64,000 nucleotides of DNA, taken from positions 68,199-132,198 of the forward strand of contig NZ_JBIQHX010000004.1 of assembly GCF_044508325.1 (NCBI RefSeq), written 5' to 3'. The notes under the pieces are model-generated. The model was not told the DNA's origin. It searched no databases and saw only the letters and a list, made by a program, of their open reading frames with translations. Made by a program: the position numbers and the translations under genes. Source of the stretch: Microbacterium sp. (lineage in GTDB: Bacteria; Actinomycetota; Actinomycetes; Actinomycetales; Microbacteriaceae). Positions 55,053 to 64,000 of the stretch are shown here, one piece after another (positions within the stretch are counted from its first letter, which is position 1; every line of letters starts with the position of its first letter).

Positions 55053-55616
55053 TCAGTCGTCTCCGTGCGAACCAGCCGGCGCGGGCGGGTGGTGGGGGAT
55101 CGGATCCGGGCGCTCCGACCGCTTCGGCGTCCGACTGCTCGGCGTCGGAGCCGCCTTCGGGGCGGCGGTCGGCCCCGAGGCGCGGGCCGACGGTGCGGGC
55201 CGCAGCTCCTTGGCGAAGCGACGCCCTGTGACCGAGTGCGGCGTGATCTTGATCACGTAGGGCTTGCGCGTCGGGGTGAGCGAGACGACATCCATCACGC
55301 CGCTCCGGCGGATCTCGTCCTCGTCGCGCAGCTGGCCGGCGGCGCCGCGCACGACCACGCTCCAGCGGCTCTGCTCGTCCTCGCCGTCGATCTCGAACGC
55401 TGCGACGGGCCTCAGGTGGAGGTGACGCAGCTTCGAATCGCGCGCGGTGCGCAGATAGATCGCCCCCTCGTGGGTCGTGAAGTTCACGGGGTAGATCTCC
55501 GGCACGCCGTCACCGTCGACGAGGGCGAGACGCCCGACCTGGGGGATCTGCAGGAGCGACCAGCACTCCGCGGTGCGCAGGCGCGCTGCGCCCGAGGCGC
55601 TCGAAGGCGAGGCCAT
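55053..55616 (-). CDS. Pyridoxamine 5'-phosphate oxidase-like (FMN-binding split barrel) protein
   Basis: ECWSLL..VGRLAL, PEIYPVNF, VAAFEID, WSVVVRG. Confidence 0.85.
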   Translation of the reverse strand: MASPSSASGAARLRTAECWSLLQIPQVGRLALVDGDGVPEIYPVNFTTHEGAIYLRTARDSKLRHLHLRPVAAFEIDGEDEQSRWSVVVRGAAGQLRDEDEIRRSGVMDVVSLTPTRKPYVIKITPHSVTGRRFAKELRPAPSARASGPTAAPKAAPTPSSRTPKRSERPDPIPHHPPAPAGSHGDD

Positions 55617-55734
55617 GCCGGCTCCTTCCGTCGCGAGCCGTCGCGGAGTTCCGTGGAACGCCACGGTAGTCAGCGCATCGCCCCCCTGCAAGGGCTTGGC
55701 CCGGCGGCCGGGAGGCGCGCCGGGTGCGGCCCGG

Positions 55735-56658
55735 TCAGCTGCGCAGCACGACGTTCACCGGCTCGTCGCCACGCAGCATCCGCTCGATCTGCGTGCGCAC
55801 GAGACGCGCGATGCGCGGGCGCATGGCGCCGGACGCCCCGCCCACGTGCGGCGCGATGAGCACGCCGGGCAGCGACCACAGCGGGTGCCCCTCGGGCAGC
55901 GGCTCGGGATCGGTGACATCGAGCGCCGCACGGATGCGGCCGCGGCGGACGTGGTCGACCAGCGCGTCGGTGTCGACGAGCGGGCCGCGGCCCACGTTGA
56001 CCACCAGCGCGTCATCGGGCAGCGCCGCGAGGAACGCGTCGTCGACGATGCCTTTCGTCGCGTCGCCGCCGGGCAGCGTCAGCACGGCGATCTCGGCATC
56101 GGGCAGCAGCGCGGGAAGCTCGTCGACGCCGTGCACGTGCACGCCGTCCTCGTCGCGGCTCCGCGATGCCACCACGGTCAGGTCGACCTCGAACGGCGCC
56201 AGCCGGGCGGCGACCGCCTTGCCCACGCCGCCGTAGCCGAGCAGCAGCACCCGGCGGTCGGCGAGGCCGGCGGTGAACAGCGTCTGCCAGTGCTCGCGCT
56301 CCTGGGCGCGCACGAACTCGGGAAGCCCGCGCTGCGCGGCGAGGATCAGCGCCAGCGCCAGCTCGGCCGTGGCGGCCTCGTGCACGGTCGCCGCGTTGGC
56401 GAAGACATGCCCCGGCGGCAGCGCCTCGGCGACCCCGTCGTACCCGATCGACTGGCTCTGCACCAGGCGCGCCCGCACCTCGGCCAGCCGCGGATAGAGC
56501 TCGCTCACGTCGAGGTAGGGCGGCACGACGATGTCGATGTGATCGCGCGGCGGAGCATCCTTCATCTCCCAGACGATGACCTCCACTCCCTCGGGAAGCG
56601 GCGCGATGTCGTCGCGGAGCCGCGTGGTGGGAACCGACACGATGAGAGGGGCAGTCAC
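55735..56658 (-). CDS. D-2-hydroxyacid dehydrogenase family protein
   Basis: LGYGGVG, VNVGRG, ALDVTDPEPLP, PHVGG. Confidence 0.93.
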   Translation of the reverse strand: MTAPLIVSVPTTRLRDDIAPLPEGVEVIVWEMKDAPPRDHIDIVVPPYLDVSELYPRLAEVRARLVQSQSIGYDGVAEALPPGHVFANAATVHEAATAELALALILAAQRGLPEFVRAQEREHWQTLFTAGLADRRVLLLGYGGVGKAVAARLAPFEVDLTVVASRSRDEDGVHVHGVDELPALLPDAEIAVLTLPGGDATKGIVDDAFLAALPDDALVVNVGRGPLVDTDALVDHVRRGRIRAALDVTDPEPLPEGHPLWSLPGVLIAPHVGGASGAMRPRIARLVRTQIERMLRGDEPVNVVLRS

Positions 56659-56710
56659 TCTCTCGAGCCTACCGCGAGTAAGGTCGGCCGCAGAGAGCGA
56701 GGAGACGCAC

Positions 56711-57145
56711 ATGACGATCCCCGAGATCAACTACTGGGCGGTGCTGCTGGCGACGCTCGCGAGCATGGTGGTCGGCTCGATCTGGTATACCCCGAAGGTG
56801 TTCGGCGACCGGTGGATGCGGCTGGCGAAGGTGCCGAGACCGACCACCAGCGCGCAGGCATGGCTGCCGCTGCTGCTGTCGGTCGTGCTGTCTTTCCTGC
56901 TGGCGTGGGTGCTGGCCGGATCGGTGACGATCGCCTGGCACTTCTACGGCGGGGCGTTCCTGTGGACGGCGATCGTCACGGCCGTGACGCTGTGGGCCGG
57001 GTTCACCGCCGGGCGCCTCATCGTGCACGACATCTTCGAGGGACGGCCGACCAATCTCACCGTGCTGAACATCGCCCACGAGCTGGTGACCGTGCTCGCG
57101 ATGGCCGTCATCATCGGCGTGTGGCCGCCCGCCGGCACGGTGTAG
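56711..57145 (+). CDS. DUF1761 family membrane protein
   Basis: INYWAVLLATLASMVVGSIWYTPKVFGDRW; GGAG RBS. Confidence 0.87.
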   Translation: MTIPEINYWAVLLATLASMVVGSIWYTPKVFGDRWMRLAKVPRPTTSAQAWLPLLLSVVLSFLLAWVLAGSVTIAWHFYGGAFLWTAIVTAVTLWAGFTAGRLIVHDIFEGRPTNLTVLNIAHELVTVLAMAVIIGVWPPAGTV

Positions 57146-57177
57146 CGGCGGCCTGAGCCGGTTCCCGGTGTCTGCCC

Positions 57178-57275
57178 GTTCGCAATTCAGTCTCCGCGTG
57201 CGGGTGGGGCCGTGCCGGTCCCGAAATCTCGCAGGCGACCCCAGCACCGGCGAGCGGCGAGACTGAATTGCGAAC
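57178..57275. mobile_element. MITE/REP-like 98-bp element with 17-bp perfect terminal inverted repeats
   Basis: GTTCGCAATTCAGTCTC (57178-94) / GAGACTGAATTGCGAAC (57259-75), between convergent DUF1761 and purQ. Confidence 0.6.
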
Positions 57276-57312
57276 CGCGCGGGGGCCGCAGTCGCCGGGG
57301 GAGCGCTGCGTC

Positions 57313-58020
57313 CTACGCCGCGGCGGCGACGACCGCAGCGATCGCCGACGTGAAGAACGGGATGCCGTCCTCACCCGACCGCATCGCCAGCCGCGTGTCG
57401 GGGCCGAAGCCCGGCTCGGTCGCGTGCTCGGGGTGGGGCATGAGGCCCACGACGTTGCCGCGCTCGTTCGTGACCCCGGCGATGTCGCGCAGCGACCCGT
57501 TCGGGTTCACGCCGACGTACCGGAACGCGACGAGCCCTTCGCCCTCGAGGCGGTCGAGCTCCTCCTCCGAGGCGATGTAGCCGCCGTCGGCGTTCTTCAG
57601 CGGAATGATGATCTCCTGGCCCTGCTCGAAGTCGCTCGTCCACGCGGTGGAGGCGTTCTCGACGCGAAGCCGCTGGTCGCGGCGGATGAACTGCTGGTGC
57701 GCGTTGCGGATCAGGCCGCCCGGCAGCAGATGCGCCTCGACGAGCATCTGGAAGCCGTTGCAGATGCCGAGCACCGGCATCCCCTTCGCCGCGGCGTCCT
57801 TCACCTCGGCCATGATGGGGGCGTGCGCGGCGATGGCACCCGCGCGCAGATAATCGCCGTAGCTGAACCCGCCCGGCAGCACCAGCGCATCGACGCCGTC
57901 GAGGTCGTGCGAGCCGTGCCAGAGCGCGACCGGCTCCGCCCCCGCGATCGCGATGGCACGACGGGCGTCACCGTCGTCGAGCGATCCGGGGAAGGTGATG
58001 ACCCCGATCCGGGCGGTCAC
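57313..58020 (-). CDS. purQ: FGAM synthase glutaminase subunit PurQ
   Basis: [35 protein letters not shown]. Confidence 0.97.
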   Translation of the reverse strand: MTARIGVITFPGSLDDGDARRAIAIAGAEPVALWHGSHDLDGVDALVLPGGFSYGDYLRAGAIAAHAPIMAEVKDAAAKGMPVLGICNGFQMLVEAHLLPGGLIRNAHQQFIRRDQRLRVENASTAWTSDFEQGQEIIIPLKNADGGYIASEEELDRLEGEGLVAFRYVGVNPNGSLRDIAGVTNERGNVVGLMPHPEHATEPGFGPDTRLAMRSGEDGIPFFTSAIAAVVAAAA

Positions 58021-58265
58021 TCGACCACCTCGACGCTCACGACGTCCTCGATGACCGAGTTGGACAGGATGTCGTCGGCCACCTGGCGCGCCGTGGCCAG
58101 CACCTCGTCGGTGACCTCGCCGTCGACGGTCAGCTCGAAGCGCTTGCCGATGCGCACCCCGCCGAAGTGGTCGATCCCGAGCCGGGCGAGCGCGCCGGCG
58201 ACAGCCTTCCCCTGCGGATCGAGCAGCTCGGCCTTGGGCATGACGTCGACGACGATGGTGGGCAT
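58017..58265 (-). CDS. purS: FGAM synthase subunit PurS
   Basis: [38 protein letters not shown]. Confidence 0.96.
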   Translation of the reverse strand: MPTIVVDVMPKAELLDPQGKAVAGALARLGIDHFGGVRIGKRFELTVDGEVTDEVLATARQVADDILSNSVIEDVVSVEVVE

Positions 58266-58375
58266 GAGTGCGCTCCGGAGTTCGCGGAAAGGGGCCGATC
58301 CCAGTCTACGGGCGGCGCGCACGGGCACGTGCGCCCCGGCGCCCGAGGGCCGTGATGCAACCGTGACCCAATTCG

Positions 58376-58444
58376 TGGGAGCGCTCCCTTGCGTTCGTGG
58401 GAGCGATCCCATACTCTCTGAACTGTTCGGTGAGAGCGCTCCCA
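58376..58444. promoter_or_regulatory. Three CebR/CelR-type operator boxes
   Basis: TGGGAGCGCTCCCT (58376), TGGGAGCGATCCCA (58398) and TGAGAGCGCTCCCA (58431), each 1 mismatch from TGGGAGCGCTCCCA. Confidence 0.88.
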
Positions 58445-58499
58445 CGACGCGGGACGGGAAACGCGAACACGCACCCAGCACGAAGACCCACACAAAGGA

Positions 58500-59774
58500 G
58501 TGACAGTGAGATCACGCGCATGGCGTCGCATCGGCCTGGTGGCCGGCGTCGCGACTACCTCCGCCCTCGTCCTCGCCGGCTGCGCCGGCGGTGGCGGCGG
58601 CGAAACCACCGAGGGCGGCGACACGCCGGCCTCGATCACCCTCGCCACCTTCAACGACTTCGGCTACACCGACGAGCTGCTCGCCGAGTTCACCGCCGAG
58701 ACCGGCATCGAGGTCGTGCACAACAAGGCGGCCACCTCCAACGACGCCCGCGCCAACTTCTTCCAGAAGCTCGGCAAGGGCGGCCTCGCCGACGTCGAGG
58801 CCGTCGAGGTCGACTGGTTCACCGAGATGATGCAGTACTCCGACCTCGTGGTGCCGGTTCCCGACGACCTCAAGGGCCGGTGGCTCGACTGGAAGGAGGC
58901 CGCCGCGACGGATGGCGCCGGCAACCTCGTCGCGTACGGCACCGACGTCGGACCCCAGGCCGTCTGCTACCGCGGCGACCTGTTCGAAGCGGCGGGGCTC
59001 CCCAGCGATCGCGAGGAGGTCGCCGGCCTCTTCCCGACGTGGGACGCCTTCTTCGACGTCGCCGACGAGTACAAGGAGAAGACGGGCAAGCCGTTCATCG
59101 ACTCCGCGAACTCGGTGCTCCAGGGCCTGGTGAACCAGCTCGAGTACGCCTACGAGGAGCCTGACGGCACCATCATCGCCGCCGACAACCCCGAGATCCG
59201 CGCCGCCTACGACACGGTCGTCGACCGCGCCATCCCGGTCTCGAGCTTCGCCGGCCAGTGGAGCGAGGACTGGTACGCGGCCATGGCCAACGGCGAGTTC
59301 GCCGCCATGCTCTGCCCGCCGTGGATGCACGGCATCATCCAGGGCGAGGCGCCGGATGTCACCGGCTGGGACATCGCGAACGCCTTCCCCGAGGGCGGCG
59401 GCAACTGGGGCGGGTCGTACCTGGTCGTCCCGGCCGACGGCGCCAACATCGAGGCTGCCCAGCAGCTGGCCGACTGGCTGACCTCCCCCGAGGTCCAGAT
59501 CAAGGCGTTCAACAACGCCGGCACGTTCCCGAGCCAGCTCGAGGCACAGCAGAGCCCCGACCTCACCGGCTACGTCAACGCGTACTTCAACGACGCCCCG
59601 ACCGGCGAGATCGGAATCGACCGCTCCAACGCGATCACGGTCTCGACCTACAAGGGCGAGAAGTACTTCCAGTTCCACGATGCGCTGCAGAACGCGGTCA
59701 CCCGCGTCTTCGACGGCCTCGAGGACAAGGAGACGGCCTGGAACAACTGGCTGACTGAGATCGCCTCGTTCTGA
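58500..59774 (+). CDS. cebE: Cellobiose/cello-oligosaccharide ABC substrate-binding lipoprotein (CebE-like)
   Basis: Lipobox LAGC, GGNWGGSYL; sits under CebR boxes and next to a GH1 gene. Confidence 0.8.
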   Translation: MTVRSRAWRRIGLVAGVATTSALVLAGCAGGGGGETTEGGDTPASITLATFNDFGYTDELLAEFTAETGIEVVHNKAATSNDARANFFQKLGKGGLADVEAVEVDWFTEMMQYSDLVVPVPDDLKGRWLDWKEAAATDGAGNLVAYGTDVGPQAVCYRGDLFEAAGLPSDREEVAGLFPTWDAFFDVADEYKEKTGKPFIDSANSVLQGLVNQLEYAYEEPDGTIIAADNPEIRAAYDTVVDRAIPVSSFAGQWSEDWYAAMANGEFAAMLCPPWMHGIIQGEAPDVTGWDIANAFPEGGGNWGGSYLVVPADGANIEAAQQLADWLTSPEVQIKAFNNAGTFPSQLEAQQSPDLTGYVNAYFNDAPTGEIGIDRSNAITVSTYKGEKYFQFHDALQNAVTRVFDGLEDKETAWNNWLTEIASF

Positions 59775-59786
59775 GCGATTCCGATG

Positions 59787-59822
59787 GGAGGGGTGCAGGC
59801 CGGCAAGCACCTGCACCCCTCC
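59787..59822 (+). terminator. Intercistronic hairpin after the solute-binding protein gene
   Basis: 13-bp IR GGAGGGGTGCAGG / CCTGCACCCCTCC. Confidence 0.75.
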
Positions 59823-59839
59823 TTCTCACGGACGAGGAG

Positions 59840-60865
59840 ATGACCGTGACATCCACGAGCACCGGCCGCGCCCCGCGAGTGATCTCGTTCTCGCACCGGC
59901 TGAGCAGGTGGGACCTGAAGGTGTCCCCCTACCTGTACATCTCGCCGTTCTTCATCATGTTCGCGATCGTGGGCCTGTTCCCCATCGCGTACACAGCCGT
60001 GATCTCGTTCATGGACTGGGACCTGGTCCGCAACTCGGGCGAGTTCATCGGGTTCGACCAGTACATCTGGATCCTCACCCAGCCCCACTTCTGGACGGCG
60101 CTGCGCAACACCTTCAGCATCTTCGTGCTCTCCAGCGTCCCCCAGATCATCCTCGCGATCTTCATCGCCGCCGTGCTCGACCGCAACATCCGCGCCAAGA
60201 CGTTCTGGCGCATGAGCGTGCTCGTGCCGTTCGTCGTCGCGCCGGTGGCGGTCGGGCTCATCTTCAACGCGATGTTCGCCGATCAGTCCGGCCTCATCAA
60301 CACCTGGCTCGGCAACATCGGCATCCCCGCCATCCCATGGCACAAAGACCCGTTCTGGAGCCACGTCGCCATCGCGACGATGGTCAACTACCGCTGGACC
60401 GGCTACAACGCCCTGATCCTGCTGGCTGCCATGCAGGCCGTCGACCGCAACCTCTACGAGGCGGCGACCGTGGACGGCGCAGGCGCGTTCCGGCAGTTCT
60501 TCTCGGTCACCCTGCCCTCCCTCAAGCCCACCCTGATCTTCGTCATCATCACCTCGACCATCGGCGGCCTCCAGATCTTCGACGAGCCACGGGTGTTCGA
60601 CCAGTTCGGCCGGGGCGGCGCGGGGCAGCAGTGGCTCACCATCACGCTGTATCTGTACGACATCGGCTGGGGCCAGTGGAACTTCGGCCGCGCCGCCGCG
60701 ATGGCGTGGATCCTCTTCCTCATCATCCTCGGCATCGGCCTGATCAACCTCCTCATCACGCGCACGCTGGTGCGCGACGAAGGGCTCAGATCCGAGCTGT
60801 CCAAGCGGCGGCGCCGCGAGCTCGCCCGAACCGCCAAGAGCGACCTGAAGGAGGCCGCACGATGA
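59840..60865 (+). CDS. cebF: Sugar ABC permease (CebF-like)
   Basis: PYLYISPFF, WRWTGYN-like YRWTGYN, LYEAATVDGA. Confidence 0.82.
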   Translation: MTVTSTSTGRAPRVISFSHRLSRWDLKVSPYLYISPFFIMFAIVGLFPIAYTAVISFMDWDLVRNSGEFIGFDQYIWILTQPHFWTALRNTFSIFVLSSVPQIILAIFIAAVLDRNIRAKTFWRMSVLVPFVVAPVAVGLIFNAMFADQSGLINTWLGNIGIPAIPWHKDPFWSHVAIATMVNYRWTGYNALILLAAMQAVDRNLYEAATVDGAGAFRQFFSVTLPSLKPTLIFVIITSTIGGLQIFDEPRVFDQFGRGGAGQQWLTITLYLYDIGWGQWNFGRAAAMAWILFLIILGIGLINLLITRTLVRDEGLRSELSKRRRRELARTAKSDLKEAAR

Positions 60866-61776
60866 GCATCGGCACCCCGCCTCCCCTGGCGATCATGGAG
60901 GAGGCCATCCCGCAGACGCCGCAGCGCCGACGCGGAGCCAAGGCCATCCGCATCCGAGGCTCCCGCCCCGGCTTCTGGGCGTATTCGATCCTTCTCGTCG
61001 TGTTCCTGTCGGCGATCTTCCCGCTGTACTGGTCGTTCATCATCGGGTCCGGGGACTCGACCACGCTGCGCGGCGAGTTCCCGTGGCTGCCGGGCGGGAA
61101 CTTCATCTCCAACTCGCTGTCGGTGGTGACCAACCCGGCGGTGAACTTCTGGCCGGCGCTGTGGAACTCCATCTACAGCTCGGCCCTCATCGCCGGCGCC
61201 GTGGTCATCACCTCGACCCTGGCCGGCTGGGCCTTCGCCAAGCTCCGGTTCCTCGGCGGACCCGCGCTGCTCATCTTCGTCATCGCGACGATGGCCGTCC
61301 CGCAGCAACTGGGCGTCGTGCCGCTGTACATCCTGTTCGCCGAGCTCGGCTGGACCGGCCAGATCGGCGCCATCATCATCCCGGCGCTCACCAGCGCATT
61401 CGGGGTGTTCTGGATGACCCAGTACCTCAAACAGACCGTTCCCGACGAGCTCATCGAAGCGGCGCGCGTGGACGGCGCGACGATGTTCCGCACCTTCCTC
61501 ACCGTGGGCGTGCCCGCGGCGCGCCCCGCGGCGGCCATGCTGTTCCTGTTCACCTTCGTGGGCGCCTGGAACAACTTCTTCTGGCCGTTCATCGTGCTCG
61601 ACCGGCAGAATCCGACGCTGCCTGTTGCGCTGTCGCTGCTGCAGTCCAACTACTTCGTCGACTACTCGATCGTCCTCGCCGGCGTGGTGCTGGCGACGAT
61701 CCCGCTCCTGCTGCTGTTCATCTTCGCCGGCAAGCAGCTCGTGAGCGGCATCATGGCCGGCGCCGTGAAGGGATGA
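60862..61776 (+). CDS. cebG: Sugar ABC permease (CebG-like)
   Basis: PDELIEAARVDGA, WNNFFWP; ATGA overlap with cebF. Confidence 0.82.
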   Translation: MSIGTPPPLAIMEEAIPQTPQRRRGAKAIRIRGSRPGFWAYSILLVVFLSAIFPLYWSFIIGSGDSTTLRGEFPWLPGGNFISNSLSVVTNPAVNFWPALWNSIYSSALIAGAVVITSTLAGWAFAKLRFLGGPALLIFVIATMAVPQQLGVVPLYILFAELGWTGQIGAIIIPALTSAFGVFWMTQYLKQTVPDELIEAARVDGATMFRTFLTVGVPAARPAAAMLFLFTFVGAWNNFFWPFIVLDRQNPTLPVALSLLQSNYFVDYSIVLAGVVLATIPLLLLFIFAGKQLVSGIMAGAVKG

Positions 61777-61780
61777 GACC

Positions 61781-63259
61781 ATGCCCACCACTCGTATGAG
61801 AGAGCCTGCTCCGATGCCCCAGAGCGCGACCCGTGCCTTCCCCGACGACTTCCTGTTCGGCGTCGCGGCGGCGGCGTACCAGATCGAGGGCGCCGCCTTC
61901 GAGGACGGCCGCACCGCCTCGATCTGGGACGCCTTCGCGCGCGTCCCGGGGGCGGTCGTCAACGGCGACAACGGCGATGTGGCCTGCGACCACTACCACC
62001 TCTACCGGGACGACGTCGCGCTCATGAAGAGCCTGGGCGTGCAGACGTACCGCTTCTCGGCGTCGTGGGCGCGGGTGCGGCCGGATGCGGGCGCGGTGAA
62101 CGCGAAGGGCATCGACTTCTACAGCCGCCTCGTCGACGAGCTTCTCGCCGCCGAGATCGTGCCGTGGCTCACGCTCTACCACTGGGACATGCCGCAGGCC
62201 CTGCAGGAGCGGGGCGGCTGGGCGGTGCGCGAGTCGGCCGAGCGGTTCACCGAGTACGCGCTGTCATTGCACGATGCGCTCGGCGACCGCGTCGACATCT
62301 GGACGACGCTCAACGAGCCGTGGTGCGCGTCCTTCCTGTCGTACACCGCGGGCGCGCACGCGCCTGGCCTCTTCAGCGTGGAGGAGGGGCTGCTCGCCGC
62401 GCACCACCTCCTGCTGGGGCACGGACAGGTGATCGGCGAGCTGCGGGGGCGCGACGCATCCCTCAATCTCGGTCTCACCCTCAATCTCACCGTCGTCGAC
62501 CCGGCCGACCCCGACGAGCCGGCCGACGTCGACGCCGCACGGCGCGTCGACGGCCAGTTCAACCGGTGGTTCCTCGATCCGGTCTTCCGCGGGGTCTACC
62601 CCGCCGACATCGTCGAGGACATCAGAAGAGTGGATGCCGGTGCCGTCGCCGCGCTCGAGGAGGCCATCCGTCCCGGCGACCTGCAGACGATCTCGACGCC
62701 CATCGACACCCTCGGCGTCAACTACTACCAGGGCGACTTCGTCGGGGGCACCCCGGGCCCGGTGCCGCCGCCCAGCGACCCGGTGATCCCCCGGCAGACC
62801 CGGTCGCCTTACCCGTCGCACGAGGGCATCCACTGGCACGAGCGCGGGCTGCCGCGCACCGGACAGAACTGGGAGGTGCAGCCGGAGGGTCTCACCCGCG
62901 TGCTGACGCGGGTCTGGGAGGAGTACGCGCGCCCGGCCGGCGTCGCGCTCTACGTCACCGAGAACGGCGCCGCCTACGACGACGACGTCGTCGAGGGCGA
63001 CGATGGAGTCCGCATCGCGGACCCGGAGCGCACCGAGTATGTGCGCGAGCACCTCAACGCCGTGCTCGATGCGGTGGAGGCGGGCGTGGACGTGCGGGGA
63101 TACTTCTACTGGTCGCTGCTGGACAACTTCGAGTGGGCGTGGGGCTACGACAAGCGGTTCGGCATCGTGCATGTCGACTACGAGACGCAGCGTCGCACGG
63201 TGAAAGACAGCGGTGCAGAATACGCTCGGATCATCGCCGACCGCGCCATCGATCGGTGA
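61781..63259 (+). CDS. GH1 beta-glucosidase
   Basis: AAYQIEG, YRFSASW, TLNEP (acid/base), VTENG (nucleophile), WSLLDNFEW. Confidence 0.96.
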   Translation: MPTTRMREPAPMPQSATRAFPDDFLFGVAAAAYQIEGAAFEDGRTASIWDAFARVPGAVVNGDNGDVACDHYHLYRDDVALMKSLGVQTYRFSASWARVRPDAGAVNAKGIDFYSRLVDELLAAEIVPWLTLYHWDMPQALQERGGWAVRESAERFTEYALSLHDALGDRVDIWTTLNEPWCASFLSYTAGAHAPGLFSVEEGLLAAHHLLLGHGQVIGELRGRDASLNLGLTLNLTVVDPADPDEPADVDAARRVDGQFNRWFLDPVFRGVYPADIVEDIRRVDAGAVAALEEAIRPGDLQTISTPIDTLGVNYYQGDFVGGTPGPVPPPSDPVIPRQTRSPYPSHEGIHWHERGLPRTGQNWEVQPEGLTRVLTRVWEEYARPAGVALYVTENGAAYDDDVVEGDDGVRIADPERTEYVREHLNAVLDAVEAGVDVRGYFYWSLLDNFEWAWGYDKRFGIVHVDYETQRRTVKDSGAEYARIIADRAIDR

Positions 63260-63281
63260 CGCTGAACGCAGAAGGGATGCG

Positions 63282-64000
63282 ATGACCACCGAGGCCGTGC
63301 GCGGGAGCGTGACGATCGAAGAGGTGGCCGCTGCCGCGGGCGTCTCGCGGTCGACGGTGTCGCGGGTCGTGAACGGCTCGACGGCCGTGTCGCCAGCGGC
63401 GCTGGAGGCCGTGCAGCGCGCCATCGCCGAGCTCAACTACGTGCCCAACCGCGCCGCCCGCTCGCTCGCGAGCCGGCAGACGCACGCGATCGCCCTCATT
63501 GTGCCCGAAGACACCACGCGCTTCTTCGGGGATCCGTTCTTCGCCTCGATCGTGTCGGGCATCAGCGCCCGGCTCACCCGGTCGGACTACGTCCTCAATC
63601 TCATCATCGCCAGCGACGATCCCGGCGACAAGACGACCGCGTATGTGCGCTCGGGCGCCGTCGACGGCGCGATCGTCGTCTCGCACCACACCAGTGACAC
63701 GTTCATCGACCGCATCGCCGCCGCCGTCCCGGTGGTCTACGGCGGGCGGCCGGTGCGCGAGCGCGAGCGCGACCACTACGTCGACGTCGACAACCGGCGC
63801 GGGGCGCAGGTCGCCACCGAGCACCTGATCGGCCTGGGCCGGAGGCACATCGCGACGATCACCGGACCGGCGACGATGCCCGCCGGCGTCGATCGTCTCG
63901 ACGGGTTCCGCGCGGCGCTCGCCGACGCGGGGCTCTCAGAGGCGGGCGCGGAGGACGGCGGCTTCACGGCGGCCGGCGGTGCGGCGGCGATGCGCCGCAT
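63282..64000 (+). CDS. LacI-family regulator (CebR-like), truncated by the window end
   Basis: Manual translation MTTEAVRGSVTIEEVAAAAGVSRSTVSRVVNGS...YVPNRAARSLA; no stop within the window. Confidence 0.9.
   Translation, partial: MTTEAVRGSVTIEEVAAAAGVSRSTVSRVVNGSTAVSPAALEAVQRAIAELNYVPNRAARSLASRQTHAIALIVPEDTTRFFGDPFFASIVSGISARLTRSDYVLNLIIASDDPGDKTTAYVRSGAVDGAIVVSHHTSDTFIDRIAAAVPVVYGGRPVRERERDHYVDVDNRRGAQVATEHLIGLGRRHIATITGPATMPAGVDRLDGFRAALADAGLSEAGAEDGGFTAAGGAAAMRR

Overview
64 kb of a high-GC actinobacterial chromosome, most likely Microbacteriaceae (Microbacterium-like; inferred from gene content, GC-rich codon usage and short TANNNT-start promoter spacing). The backbone is housekeeping: nucS, a six-gene mrp Na+/H+ antiporter operon, argG, purA, purL, purQ/purS, apt, sufS/sufU, a ProVWX-type osmoprotectant ABC transporter, a KimA-like K+ permease, and a CebEFG-BglC-CebR cellobiose-type operon with three CebR boxes. 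Accessory modules are interleaved: P450 plus DUF1254-like gene, LuxR plus flavoprotein oxidoreductase, a stand-alone HerA-like ATPase, GntR/YtrA-ABC, ArsR-SRPBCC, PadR-DUF1048-ABC, VanZ, an M20 amidohydrolase and a GH13 glucosidase. No rRNA, tRNA, CRISPR array, integrase or transposase was recognised. The most unusual structure is a head-to-head pair of paralogous membrane-anchored proteins of unknown function (34360-35937). Their 51-bp junction is a nested palindrome with mirror-image leaderless promoters and symmetric GTG starts. Other notable items are an orphan, lower-GC QueC-like PP-loop/Cys4 gene, REP-like DNA inserted in frame in PurL and a lactonase, a frameshifted Tat phosphoesterase, a 42-codon LacI-like remnant, two MITE/REP-like hairpin elements, a 10-bp-phased TGTG array upstream of osmC, and five stop codons that double as -10 boxes. 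All calls come from motif recognition by eye; no database searches were run.
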